From positions 416,001 to 480,000 of the forward strand of contig CAVYQE010000001.1 in assembly GCA_963770565.1 (NCBI GenBank): a DNA stretch of 64,000 bases. The letters are read 5' to 3'. Source of the stretch: an uncultured Actinomycetota bacterium (GTDB lineage Bacteria; Actinomycetota; Actinomycetes; JAFAQI01). The translations under genes were made by a program, and so were the position numbers. Under the pieces are notes generated by a model. It saw only the letters and a list, made by a program, of their open reading frames with translations. It had not been told where the DNA came from and ran no database searches. Within the stretch, counting starts at the first letter, position 1. Each line of letters starts with the position of its first letter. Positions 20,678-30,190 of the stretch are shown here, piece after piece.

Positions 20678-20720
20678 CTTTTAGTCCGCGGGTTCCGGGT
20701 TCGATCCCCGGGCGGCCCAC
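20678..20720 (+). mobile_element. att site: 3' fragment of tRNA-Lys(UUU), copy 2
   Basis: CTTTTAGTCCG-CGGGTT-CCGGG-TTCGATC-CCCGG-GCGGCCCAC; 33/43 identical to copy 1; no 5' half. Confidence 0.8.
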
Positions 20721-20727
20721 CGCCTCC

Positions 20728-20801
20728 TGTGTTACTTCGGCTGATGCCTCTCGCTCGACCTTCGGGTGATGGGTGACACCTACTTCGGCTGATGGGTGAC
20801 A
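20728..20801 (+). repeat. Triple CTTCGG(C/G)TGATG(GGTGACA) repeat starting with TGT; possible orphan IS481-type end
   Basis: Copies at about 20733, 20759 and 20781. Confidence 0.45.
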
Positions 20802-20811
20802 TTCTCGGGCT

Positions 20812-21633
20812 GTGACGACGCGACGACTGGCGCTCGGTTGCGAGTTCAGGTACGACGCCGCGATCCCGACGCTGGCGGTCTTTCAGGTCCAACCGACTGC
20901 CTCGGAGCGAGTCCGGTTGCGATCCGAGCGTTGGTCTTCGACTCCCCCGGCTGCGCTGCACGGCTACGTGGATCTGTACGGCAACCCGTGTACTCGAGTG
21001 GTGCTACCTCTTGGTCGGTCGACCTTCCGATACGACGCCGACGTCGAGGTACCGGACGCGCCCGAAGACGTGGATGAGGCCGCACGCGAGATCGCTCCGG
21101 CCGACCTACCGGACGACGTGCTGATCTACACCTTGCCGAGCCGGTACTGCCTGCCCGACGTGCTCGGCGATGAGGCCTGGGCGCTGTTCGGGTCCCGGCC
21201 GCGTGGCTACGGCCGGGTGCGGGCCATCTGCGATCACGTCCACTCGCATCTGACGTTCCGGTACGGCAGCTCGACGGCCTGGTCGACGGCGGCCGACGTC
21301 AACAGCACCAGACTCGGTGTTTGTCGCGACTACACGCATCTCGCGATCTCGTTCTGCCGGGCGCTGAACATCCCGGCCCGATACGTCTTCGGCTACCTCC
21401 CCGACCTGGACGTCTCGATCGAGTCGTCGACGATGGACTTCGCGGCGTGGATGGAGGTGTGGCTCGACGACGCATGGTGGACTTTCGACCCGCGCAACAA
21501 CATGCCGCGAAAGGGCCGGGTGGTGATCGGTAGCGGTCGCGACGCAAGTGATGTCGCGATGGCGACCACCTTCGGCGGCCCTCATCTCGAGGCGATGACC
21601 GTGCGCGCGGAGGAGGTGCGGCGATGGGATTAG
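20812..21633 (+). CDS. Transglutaminase-like family protein
   Basis: LPSRYC, GVCRDYTH, PARYVFGY, AWMEVWL, TFDP. Confidence 0.9.
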   Translation: MTTRRLALGCEFRYDAAIPTLAVFQVQPTASERVRLRSERWSSTPPAALHGYVDLYGNPCTRVVLPLGRSTFRYDADVEVPDAPEDVDEAAREIAPADLPDDVLIYTLPSRYCLPDVLGDEAWALFGSRPRGYGRVRAICDHVHSHLTFRYGSSTAWSTAADVNSTRLGVCRDYTHLAISFCRALNIPARYVFGYLPDLDVSIESSTMDFAAWMEVWLDDAWWTFDPRNNMPRKGRVVIGSGRDASDVAMATTFGGPHLEAMTVRAEEVRRWD

Positions 21634-22169
21634 CATCGGCTCTCGTGCTCGCTTCACAGGTCTATGACCCTGGGCAGTGGAACGACTTCTTCATCCTGGT
21701 AGGCACTGGCTCCGCCACCCTTGCCGGCCTGGTGTTCTTAGCGATGACCATCAACCTCAAAGGTCTGGCTGGAGATGCCACGCACAGGTATCGGGCCATC
21801 AACATGCTCACTGGCTTCACGTCGGTATTCGTCGTGGGTTCTCTAGCGTTGATGGGGCACCAGACCCACCGCACCTTGGGCGTCGAGTGGTTGATCGTGT
21901 CCCTGCTGGCAACAGCGGTGAACACCAACGGATATGTACAGGCATTCAGGCGGCGCGGCAGCCTCTATGCCCTCGGCCCTTTTCGGATGGTGGGCGGAAG
22001 CGCGTGCTATCTGGGCCAGATCGTTGGCTCCTTGATGTTGTTGTTCGGTGCTCGAGCCGGAACGTATGTCGCCGCAACAGCGCTAATCGTCAATTTCGGC
22101 TTCCTGATCTCAGGCTCATGGCTTCTGATCCTGGGCACGTTGCAGAGCTCTGATCAAGCCTCAGCGTGA
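21624..22169 (+). CDS. Hypothetical membrane protein
   Basis: W.DFF...GSATLAGLVFLAMTIN, about 5 TM. Confidence 0.7.
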   Translation: MGLASALVLASQVYDPGQWNDFFILVGTGSATLAGLVFLAMTINLKGLAGDATHRYRAINMLTGFTSVFVVGSLALMGHQTHRTLGVEWLIVSLLATAVNTNGYVQAFRRRGSLYALGPFRMVGGSACYLGQIVGSLMLLFGARAGTYVAATALIVNFGFLISGSWLLILGTLQSSDQASA

Positions 22170-22747
22170 TCCTGCGCCGCCTTCGCGAGCGCTTTCATCT
22201 GCTTCTTGTGGTCGCGCACCTTGGTGAGCGACGCGTTGTCGACGATGTCGGCGACCGACAGGTACGAGCCCGCCGCGCCGAAGTCGCCAGCCCCCGCACG
22301 CCAACCGTTCGGCCGCACGCCGTACTGCTTGCCGAGCAAGGCGACGAAGATCTTGGCCTTGTGCCGGCCGAAGCCGGGCAGTGCCTCGATCCGCTTGCGC
22401 AGGTCCTCGCCGGACTTCACGGCCGCCCAGATGTGCTCGGGCACTCCGTCGTAGTCGGCCACGATGATCCGGCACAGCTCCTGCACCCGTCCGGCCATCG
22501 AGCTCGGGAACCGGTGTATGGCGGGCGGCGTGGCGAAGACCTTCGCCATCGCCTCGGGGTCCCGCGCGGCGAGGTCTGCGGCGTCGAGGTCGCGACCGAG
22601 CCGGTTCGCGATCGTCAGCGGGCCGGTGAACGCCCATTCCAGCGGGATCTGCTGGTCCAGCACCATCCCGATCAGCAGAGCGAGCGGGCTGCCGGACAGC
22701 AGGGCGTCAGCGTCAGGATTCTGCGCGAGGCAGATCGTCGCGGCCAC
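22154..22747 (-). CDS. HhH-GPD-type base-excision repair family protein (actinobacterial)
   Basis: LLIGMVLDQQ, HRFP, LPGFG..KAKIFVALLGKQ. Confidence 0.88.
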   Translation of the reverse strand: MAATICLAQNPDADALLSGSPLALLIGMVLDQQIPLEWAFTGPLTIANRLGRDLDAADLAARDPEAMAKVFATPPAIHRFPSSMAGRVQELCRIIVADYDGVPEHIWAAVKSGEDLRKRIEALPGFGRHKAKIFVALLGKQYGVRPNGWRAGAGDFGAAGSYLSVADIVDNASLTKVRDHKKQMKALAKAAQDHAEA

Positions 22748-22783
22748 CGGAAAACGGTACCGCCCGGGCTCGCCGGGCACCTA

Positions 22784-22839
22784 CCCCACGCATGGGCCAT
22801 CCGTGGGGCTATAGCCCCACCGATGGGCCATGCGTGTGG
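22784..22839. repeat. REP-like 31-bp palindromic unit x2
   Basis: CCCCAC-N13-GTGGGGCTAT(A/G); same family as 43705-43822. Confidence 0.8.
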
Positions 22840-22846
22840 CTGCGCG

Positions 22847-24223
22847 TCACGGGAAGACGCCGCAACCTTTCGGGTACGCCGCCTGGATCGTCTTGTCGAA
22901 CAGCGTCGCTTCTCCCAGGCTGGCGGACAAACCGAAGAAGCTGGCATCGGCGCCGGCGACCCCTTCGATCTCCATCTGCCGCGTATCGCAGCCGGGGCCG
23001 TACGTGGAGATGCCGGTGCTGCCGAGCAGGGTGATGTTGCCTGCGACGTTGAGGCCCTTGGTCCCGAGCCCGAGCTCGATCTGGGGCATCTGCGCGCCGA
23101 AGATGAAGCTCAGCGGACCCTTGTTCACGGCATCCGCGGCGTTCAGGATGATGTCGCTCAGGCCCTTGATCACTCCAGCGCCCGAGGTCGCGCCTGACTT
23201 CGCCATGCTGAAGCCGCCCTCGCCGTTGTAGCTGAAGGTGTAGCTGCCGCTGATCTTCTGGTCGAAGCCGGAGAAGCCGGCGCTGGCAAAGAAGGCCACC
23301 TTGATGCCGAGGAAGAACGGCACCGGCCCGACGAAGAACGGCACCGCGAGCTCGGCCGGCAACGTGATCTTGATCCCGCCCGCCTGACCGAGCCCGAAGG
23401 CTGAGATCGGTTTGGCGGAGTAGGTCAGCTTGAACTCGCCTTTGAGGTGGTTGGCCAGCATCTTGGCCTTGCTGACCGCCCCGTCAGCGATCGCCATGTT
23501 CCCGGTCGTCGTCAGGTTGTCGAGCGTTCCAGTGATCTTCGCTTCGACGTCGACGGGCTTGGACTTGCTGATGGTGATCTCGACCGCAACAGCCTTGCCT
23601 TGCTGCTTGAAGTTCGCCGAATAGCTGTAGGAGTGGGTCTTGCCCTTGAGCGTGATCCCCTTGCTGGACATCGGGACCAGGCCGAACCGCGCCGCTATGG
23701 ATGGCGACGTTCCGCCCGCTCGGCGTACGTCCTCGGCCGGGACCGCCGACCCACCAAGTCCGTAGCCATTGGCGAAGTTGATCGACTTGTTCCACGACAG
23801 CGTGCCGTTCGCGATCAGGTCGGTGAGGGCGGCCGGCTTGGTGCTGACGACGAGATGGCCATGCGACTTTGCGGTCTTGGTGACGTTACGCACCGCGATG
23901 TGCTCAAGCAGCATGACGCTGCCGGTCTTGAGCTTCGCCAGCGCTCCCGTCTTTGACTTGAACGTGTATGTCGCACCGTTCGGGGACACCGAGAGCAACT
24001 GCTTCTTGATCGTCGCGGTGGGGACCAGGACGGTTTGCTTCGTGTACTTGATGGCGCCCGCGTGAGGCGTCGCGGCATTCTCGCGGTGCACGACTGCTGC
24101 CCCAGCAGCGGGTACGACGGCTGCGGTGGCGAGCACCAGCCCGACTGCGGTGGCCGACACGAGCCGGCGCCGGGCCGAGCGCCTGATGCCGGGGCGTCCT
24201 GGATTCGTCGAGTCGTTGCGCAA
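22847..24223 (-). CDS. Secreted beta-rich hypothetical protein
   Basis: Arg-rich signal peptide ending AGA, alternating beta-strand pattern, terminal Cys pair; TTG start after GGAGG. Confidence 0.65.
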   Translation of the reverse strand: MRNDSTNPGRPGIRRSARRRLVSATAVGLVLATAAVVPAAGAAVVHRENAATPHAGAIKYTKQTVLVPTATIKKQLLSVSPNGATYTFKSKTGALAKLKTGSVMLLEHIAVRNVTKTAKSHGHLVVSTKPAALTDLIANGTLSWNKSINFANGYGLGGSAVPAEDVRRAGGTSPSIAARFGLVPMSSKGITLKGKTHSYSYSANFKQQGKAVAVEITISKSKPVDVEAKITGTLDNLTTTGNMAIADGAVSKAKMLANHLKGEFKLTYSAKPISAFGLGQAGGIKITLPAELAVPFFVGPVPFFLGIKVAFFASAGFSGFDQKISGSYTFSYNGEGGFSMAKSGATSGAGVIKGLSDIILNAADAVNKGPLSFIFGAQMPQIELGLGTKGLNVAGNITLLGSTGISTYGPGCDTRQMEIEGVAGADASFFGLSASLGEATLFDKTIQAAYPKGCGVFP

Positions 24224-24263
24224 CGCTCCCCCTCCGAGAAGTTCCGGTCGCGATCGTAGACCG

Positions 24264-25631
24264 TTACAGCTCGACACCCGCCTCGCGATAGATCGCGACA
24301 CACGCATCCCGAGTCTCCGGCGGGAGTTGCGCCATGCCGGCTCGCACCGCGTCGATCTTCATCTGCCGGTACGCCGCCGGCGTCGCAACGATGGACGCCG
24401 CCATCATCTGCGCCGAGTTGACCGCCATCTGGTGAAACTGGTCCGCGCTGATCGGCGGTGCCGACGACGGCGGTGGCGCGGCGGCCAGCTGGGCCGCGCT
24501 CGACATCTGCTGCGCCGCGAGCCGCATCGCATCGTCGATCGCACCCTGCAACCCGGCCGGCACGTGCTTGTTCGCGCGCCCCATCTGCCGGCCGGCGTCG
24601 CGCAGCATCGCGGCCGCCTCGGGTGGCATCCCACCCTGGTCGGCGAGGTCGCGGGCTGCCTGCGCCGCCTGCTCGGTACCCGTCCCGTCCGCCAGGTTCG
24701 GCGCCGGCATCCCGGTGCCCTGCTGGAGCTCCTGAATCTGCGCCGCCCGGGCGTCGACCTGCTCCTGCATCAGCTGGCCGACCTTCGCCATCCGCTCTGG
24801 CACCTCGTCCCACACGACCTGAACGTCGTTCGGGTCGGTGAGCGAGACCTCGACCGGCAGCCACGGATAGAGCGTCGGATCCAGATTCACCGGCTTGGAC
24901 CGCGGCGACTTGAAGTGCCTGATGAGGACGGCGTACGGCGACCCGCCTGGGACGCTGACGGTGAGGACGGTGTCGTTGCCGCGGATCGACCGCTGCGGAC
25001 CGGGGTTCTCACGATCGACGGCAGGCGAGCCGTCGAGGTTGTGCTCGATGCTGCGCATCTCCATCCGGATCGCAGTCAGGATCGCAACCGCCCGGGTCTT
25101 GCCCGGTGCCGCCGGCTTGGACGGTGCGGCCGCCAGCTCGCGGTCGAAGTCCTCGAACCATGAGGAGGTGTCGAGCGACGGCCGCGGGACGTAGGACGCT
25201 GCCGGGTTGGTGCCGATCCAGGCCTGCGACGACACCCGGGAGATCACGCCGCTCGGCGCGTCCGCCGGAGTCGGGGCCGCCTTCGCCGCGGCCAAGGCCG
25301 CAGCTCGGGCAGCCCGTGGGTCAGCGACGACCGCGTCGTTGGCAGCCACGAGTTGCTCGATCGTTGGCACCTGGTCGAAGTCGATCTCGAACGGCTTGAC
25401 GCGATCGAGCTTGTCGGGATCGACGTCGATGGTGACTCTGAGGCCCGGCAGCAGCCAGCGGTCCTTCGGCAATGGCACCACCGACCGGAGATTCGCCGCA
25501 CCGCCACCAGCATCGGCGACCAACCAGACCCAGTCGCCGTAGTGCGGTACGACGAGGCTGTGCGGCGGTGCCGCCGCGTCGGTCACCATCGCCTCGACGG
25601 TCAGGGTGCGGGATCGGCCGGGCAACTTCAT
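24264..25631 (-). CDS. Hypothetical protein (OB-like segments plus Ala/Gln/Met-rich helical tail)
   Basis: Long ORF with GC3 bias and GGAGG RBS. Confidence 0.6.
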   Translation of the reverse strand: MKLPGRSRTLTVEAMVTDAAAPPHSLVVPHYGDWVWLVADAGGGAANLRSVVPLPKDRWLLPGLRVTIDVDPDKLDRVKPFEIDFDQVPTIEQLVAANDAVVADPRAARAAALAAAKAAPTPADAPSGVISRVSSQAWIGTNPAASYVPRPSLDTSSWFEDFDRELAAAPSKPAAPGKTRAVAILTAIRMEMRSIEHNLDGSPAVDRENPGPQRSIRGNDTVLTVSVPGGSPYAVLIRHFKSPRSKPVNLDPTLYPWLPVEVSLTDPNDVQVVWDEVPERMAKVGQLMQEQVDARAAQIQELQQGTGMPAPNLADGTGTEQAAQAARDLADQGGMPPEAAAMLRDAGRQMGRANKHVPAGLQGAIDDAMRLAAQQMSSAAQLAAAPPPSSAPPISADQFHQMAVNSAQMMAASIVATPAAYRQMKIDAVRAGMAQLPPETRDACVAIYREAGVEL

Positions 25632-25725
25632 GTCGAACCTCCCGCGAAGACCTTCGCCACGAGATGGTGCTCGCCGCATCATCGCAGTGCCGTTCGACGC
25701 CGACAACCGGCACAAGGAGCGACGG

Positions 25726-26031
25726 TCAGGGCCGCGACTGAAGCCACCAAGCCGCGTCGAGAGCCTGCTCGACTGCCACCGGCGTTGCCTTGGCCAGATT
25801 GACCGCCACCATCATGTGGGCGCGGAACCGGGTGGGCACCCAGAACATGTCGGGGAACTGCTCGACCAACGCCGACCGCGCGTCGAACTCGGTCCGGATC
25901 GCGATCGAGCGGGCGCCCAGCTGCCGGGCGACGAGGCGCCCGTGGAGCCGCCAAACCCGCAGCCCATTCTGTGTCCCGAGGTGTACCCCGTCGAGGCGGC
26001 TGGCCAGTGCCTCGACCTCATCCCAGCGCAT
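25726..26031 (-). CDS. MmcQ/YjbR-like protein
   Basis: MRWDEV..LA..L.GV, WR..GRLVAR, ends AW. Confidence 0.65.
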   Translation of the reverse strand: MRWDEVEALASRLDGVHLGTQNGLRVWRLHGRLVARQLGARSIAIRTEFDARSALVEQFPDMFWVPTRFRAHMMVAVNLAKATPVAVEQALDAAWWLQSRP

Positions 26032-26980
26032 CGTCGTGCCGCCGGCGGGTGATCTGTGAAGCGTCGGTCCCGACCCCGCCGACGTACTGCATGGGGTCGC
26101 CCGAACCGAGGTCACCGATACCCGCGGACTCCAGCGCACCGATCGCGATGGTGCGGCGGAAGGCCGCGAAGGTCAGGACATGGGCCAGGACGCCGGCATA
26201 GCTGAAGGTTCTCGGCGGGTCACACATCGCGTCGATGAAGGTGTCGCCGCCTCGTCCCGCCGCCACCGGGTCCAGCACCAGTTCCTGGAACTTCGGGCCG
26301 GCCGCGGCGAGCCGGGTCCGCATGCCGGCCGGCGAGCGATCGGTCGGCTGCGGCATCTCGGTGCCCCCTTCGAGTGAGGTCACCCACATCTCGAGCTGCC
26401 CGACCAGCCGGTCCATCGTTCCGCGCAGCGTCATGTCGGCATCGATGCTCTCGACCGAGAGCTCGATCGGGGCGTCAAGCGTGGCGGGGTCGAGCTGGTC
26501 GGCGCGGTCGATGATCTCGGCGACCAAGGTCAGATGGTGGTCGAGCATGCCGGTAACGACATCCATGGTGGTGCTCCTCGAACTTGCCGGAAGCCGAAGT
26601 CCTCCGGGCGGGTGGAAGTGGATTCCGCTCGTCGCCGGCAACCGGTAGTCCGGATCGGCGGCGGAGCGAAACTGTGACGGTGAGACCCCGAACCCACGCG
26701 CGAACGCGCGGGTGAAGGCCTCCGGGGAACCGAAGTCCGCCTCGACCGCGACATCGAGTACGGAGCGGGTCGAGGTGATCAGCCGATAGGCGGCTCGCTC
26801 CAGGAGGACCCGACGGCGGAATGCCGCGGGTGGCTCGCCGAAGGTCGCCGAAACCAGCCGGTCGAAGTGGAACCGCGACAGGTACGCGCGCTCCGCAAGC
26901 TGAGTGCCGGTCACGTCGCGCTCCTCGAGGCTGGACTGAAGCACCCCGAGATAGCTGCGGAGCCGGTCCTCGCTGGTCAC
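26018..26980 (-). CDS. AraC family regulator fused to C-terminal DinB-like domain
   Basis: LSRFHFDR, FGSPEAFTRAF...GVSPS double HTH; HVLTFAAFRR tail. Confidence 0.85.
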   Translation of the reverse strand: MTSEDRLRSYLGVLQSSLEERDVTGTQLAERAYLSRFHFDRLVSATFGEPPAAFRRRVLLERAAYRLITSTRSVLDVAVEADFGSPEAFTRAFARGFGVSPSQFRSAADPDYRLPATSGIHFHPPGGLRLPASSRSTTMDVVTGMLDHHLTLVAEIIDRADQLDPATLDAPIELSVESIDADMTLRGTMDRLVGQLEMWVTSLEGGTEMPQPTDRSPAGMRTRLAAAGPKFQELVLDPVAAGRGGDTFIDAMCDPPRTFSYAGVLAHVLTFAAFRRTIAIGALESAGIGDLGSGDPMQYVGGVGTDASQITRRRHDDALG

Positions 26981-27045
26981 CCCCGAAGTCTCACGCCTGA
27001 GATGCCCGCGTGTCCTGATCGTTCTTGCGGTTCGGAGAATGGGTG

Positions 27046-27097
27046 TTGACAAGACATCTAGTGACAAGGTACCTTGTGACAAGACATCTAGTGAAGG
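27046..27097 (+). promoter_or_regulatory. 15-bp-period direct-repeat operator overlapping a TTGACA -35
   Basis: TGACAAG at 27047, 27062 and 27077; TGAAGG at 27092. Confidence 0.7.
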
Positions 27098-27119
27098 TCG
27101 CTGACGAGAGGATAGTGCG

Positions 27120-27308
27120 ATGCACCCCGCATTCGCAGAAGAGCTGGTCCGCCAGCGGATGGAAGAGCTGCACCGGCGTCCGATTGGTAGGCAGCAGCGC
27201 GACCGGGTGGCACTGCACCGGGTGCGGCGCTCGACCGGGTGGTTCCTGGTCAACCTCGGGCTGCGGCTCGCGGCGCCGACCACCTCGTTGTCGCCCGCGG
27301 CCCGATGA
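27120..27308 (+). CDS. Small protein preceding the ArsR-type regulator
   Basis: GAGAGG RBS, ELVRQRMEEL and GWFLVNLGLRLA, ATGA overlap with the next gene. Confidence 0.7.
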   Translation: MHPAFAEELVRQRMEELHRRPIGRQQRDRVALHRVRRSTGWFLVNLGLRLAAPTTSLSPAAR

Positions 27309-27920
27309 GCGCTGCTCGCGCCAAGCCCGAGAAGGACAGCCCGGCCCGCGCCGTCCGCAAGGTCACCGACCCACTCGCGATGCGCGCCTTGGCGCATCCG
27401 ATGCGGATCGCCCTGCTCGAGGCGCTGTCCCGGGAAGGGCCGTTGACCGCGACGCGTGCCGCGGAGCTCCTCGACGACTCGCCGGGCAACATGTCCTGGC
27501 ATCTGCAGACGCTGGCCAAGTACGGCTACGTTGAGGAGGCCGGTGGCGGTCACGGCCGCAGTCGGCCGTGGAAGGCTGTGAACGTCACCTACGACTTCGA
27601 CACCACGACGGACAACGCCGACGTTGCGACTGCGGGCGAGGCGCTCGAAGCCAGCATTCAGGAGCTCAACTACAAAGCGTTGCAGGAGTGGTGGGCCAAG
27701 CGCCGATCGTTCCCGGTGAAGTGGCGCCGATCCGCGTTCTCGTCCAACTCGGTCACGTACCTGACGTCCCAGGAGCTGAAACAGCTCGGCCAAGACTTTG
27801 CGAAGCTGGTGCTCGCTTACTCCGACCGCCACGACAAGGACAAGCGACCCGCTGCGGCGCTACCGGTCCACCTCGTGGCGTACGGGCACCCGATGCCGCC
27901 ATCACCGACCGGGAGACTGA
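27305..27920 (+). CDS. ArsR/HTH_20-type regulator (3' end probably frameshifted; as read the ORF runs to 28180)
   Basis: MRALAHPMR, SWHLQTLAKYG, RSRPW; removing one G at 27911-27913 gives PTGD-stop at 27920. Confidence 0.8.
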
Positions 27921-27925
27921 CTCAG

Positions 27926-28270
27926 CTAACTCGAGTCGCTGGAGTTCGTCCCGTACGCCGGTGCGAACAGGACCAGCAGGGCGAGGTCCTCGACGATGTC
28001 GACGAAGCGGTGCTCCTCGCCCGCCGGCACGAAGATCACCGAACCCGGCCCGACCTCGACCGCGCCGTCCACGGGCGTTGCGATCCGAGCCCGACCGGTG
28101 GTCACCACGTAGATCTCATCCTCGGTATGAGGCTCCTGGTCGTCCACGCCGCCGGCCGGAATGCAGTACGTCCCGACTGACAGCGCCGGGACCTCGAACT
28201 GCTCAGCCCAATCGGTCGCCTCGCCGGCATTCGGCGCGGTCCATTGCCCGGCACCCTCGATGATCTGCAC
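27926..28270 (-). CDS. Cupin domain protein
   Basis: QEPHTEDEIY, GSVIFVPAGEEHRF. Confidence 0.85.
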   Translation of the reverse strand: MQIIEGAGQWTAPNAGEATDWAEQFEVPALSVGTYCIPAGGVDDQEPHTEDEIYVVTTGRARIATPVDGAVEVGPGSVIFVPAGEEHRFVDIVEDLALLVLFAPAYGTNSSDSS

Positions 28271-28325
28271 AGAGCGAATCCTAGGCAGTTTAGCGGGGCC
28301 GGCCGGCATTGGAGACGATGTCCGG

Positions 28326-30083
28326 GTGAGCGTCCAGGAAGTCGTCCCGGTCGTTGCCGGGCCCGGCCCGCCCCGGGTCTTCGCGATTGCTCTGACGCCG
28401 GCTGGCGGGATCGTCGTGGGCACCGTGGCCCGCGGCGTCGTCTGCTCGTTCGACGGAGGTCAGAGCTGGACGCCGCCGGACCGTCAGCCGGGCGACGGCA
28501 CCGTCACCGCAATTGCCCTCGAGTCGGACGGCAGTCTGCTGGCGACCACCGAGACCAGCGGCTTACACGAGTCGACCGACGGCGGCCGGACCTGGCAGCC
28601 GCTTGCCGGTGACCTCGGCGCACTCCCGCTGCACGCGGTACTGCCGCAGCGCGACGGCTCGCTGCTCGTCGGCACCGGCGGACGGGGCGCCATGTCTTCC
28701 CCCGATCGTGGCCGCACCTGGACTGCGATCGAGGGCGACCTCGGCGACCAGACGGTCTACCGGCTGATCCAGGACGGTCCGGGCCGGGTCCTCGCCGCGA
28801 CCTCGACCGATGGCTGCTGGGCGATTGGCGGCAACCACGCCGAGCCGGCCGGTCTGCCCGGCGCGACCGTGCACGCGTTGTTGCGGCTCGACGACGGGAC
28901 CGTGATCGCCGGCACCAGCGGTCAGGGAATCTGGCGGCGGCAGGGCGACTCATGGAGCCCGGCGGTGCATCCGGACGCGGCCGGCGTGGTCCACGTTCTC
29001 TGCGCCGACGCCTCAGGCACTCTGTACGCCGGTTGCGGTAGTGGCGTCGTGCGATCCGCTGACGGCGGGCGGCATTGGGAGTCCGCCGCCCGGGGCTTGA
29101 GCGACCGGCGGATCTTTGCACTCGCCGCGACTCCGGCCGGGACGGTGTTCGCCGGCAGCTATGACGGAGTGTGGTTCACGGTCGACGAAGGCCGGCTGTG
29201 GGCGCCGACCGACATCGGCCTGTCCGGTGCTGACACGTTCGGCATTGCGGTTGCGCCCGACGGCGCCCTTGCGGCAGCGGGGGCCGGGGGTGCATGGACG
29301 TCGACCGACCTCGGCGAGTCCTGGGCACCGGCGGGATCAGGGCTGTCGCCGTACGCCGGGTATGGCTGGTGCTGGCTGGAGAGCGGCGATGTGCTCCTCG
29401 CCACCGACGACGGCGTCTATCGACGGTCCGGTGATTCCGGTGACTGGTCGCCGTCTGGGCTGAGCGGGCAGCGTGCGTACGTCGTCAGCCAACCCGCCGC
29501 ACCCGTCGTTTTGGCCGGCACGCTAGGCGCCGGCCTCTACCGGTCGGTCGACGACGGCCTCAGCTGGACCGGTTGCCCGGAGATCACCGATCCACTCATC
29601 TTCGACCTGCTCCGCACTCGCTCCGGGCACGTGCTCGTCGCGACCGGCGATCCCGGCGCCGGGGTGAAGCGTGGTGGCATCTTCCGCTCGACCGACGACG
29701 GCGCGCACTGGCAGCGGCTGGCCACTCCCGCGGTGTCGGTGTACGGCGTCGCTGAGGACGACGCGGGTCGGCTCTATGCAGCCGCCCAGCGGTGCACCGT
29801 GCTCCGATCCGAGGACGGCGGCGTCAGCTGGTTCGAGCTCTCGGCGCCGGGCTCCGGCACCGACAAGAGCTACGCGATCACGGTCGACCGCGACGGGCGG
29901 GTCTACCTCGGCACCGACTCGGGCGTGTTTCGCAGCGACGACCAGGCGATGTCCTGGACGGACTGCAGCGAAGGTCTCGCCGGCGCGACGCCCTACGGGT
30001 TGTGCGCCCTTGCGGCCGGACCGGTGTTCGCGGCGACCACTCGTGGCGTCCTGCGCTGGACGGACACCTCGGGCTGGCAGTAG
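28326..30083 (+). CDS. BNR/Asp-box repeat beta-propeller protein (Ycf48/WD40-like)
   Basis: Many S-x-D-G-G-x-x-W Asp boxes; no signal peptide. Confidence 0.82.
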   Translation: MSVQEVVPVVAGPGPPRVFAIALTPAGGIVVGTVARGVVCSFDGGQSWTPPDRQPGDGTVTAIALESDGSLLATTETSGLHESTDGGRTWQPLAGDLGALPLHAVLPQRDGSLLVGTGGRGAMSSPDRGRTWTAIEGDLGDQTVYRLIQDGPGRVLAATSTDGCWAIGGNHAEPAGLPGATVHALLRLDDGTVIAGTSGQGIWRRQGDSWSPAVHPDAAGVVHVLCADASGTLYAGCGSGVVRSADGGRHWESAARGLSDRRIFALAATPAGTVFAGSYDGVWFTVDEGRLWAPTDIGLSGADTFGIAVAPDGALAAAGAGGAWTSTDLGESWAPAGSGLSPYAGYGWCWLESGDVLLATDDGVYRRSGDSGDWSPSGLSGQRAYVVSQPAAPVVLAGTLGAGLYRSVDDGLSWTGCPEITDPLIFDLLRTRSGHVLVATGDPGAGVKRGGIFRSTDDGAHWQRLATPAVSVYGVAEDDAGRLYAAAQRCTVLRSEDGGVSWFELSAPGSGTDKSYAITVDRDGRVYLGTDSGVFRSDDQAMSWTDCSEGLAGATPYGLCALAAGPVFAATTRGVLRWTDTSGWQ

Positions 30084-30190
30084 CGACTCAGCGTTCGGAT
30101 TCGGGCCGGAACGTGAGGCTTTCGACTCTAGGCGAAGGTCGATCTCGCGGCGCAGGGTGAAGACGAGCTAGTCGAAAGAGAGGGACGGCC

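Larger units (their letters stand above)
3453..20720. mobile_element. Genomic island (~17.3 kb) integrated in tandem at tRNA-Lys, no integrase visible
   Basis: Flanked by two tRNA-Lys 3' fragments, with an identical 22-bp repeat just inside each end. Confidence 0.75.

Noticed and set aside
26981-27832. 284-aa N-terminal extension of the AraC ORF
   Set aside because: It is antisense to the ArsR and small genes and crosses their promoter; the real start is probably 26980
30119-30178. Riboswitch upstream of the alcohol dehydrogenase
   Set aside because: Only a 9-bp inverted repeat (CTTTCGACT/AGTCGAAAG) is visible, with no recognisable aptamer consensus
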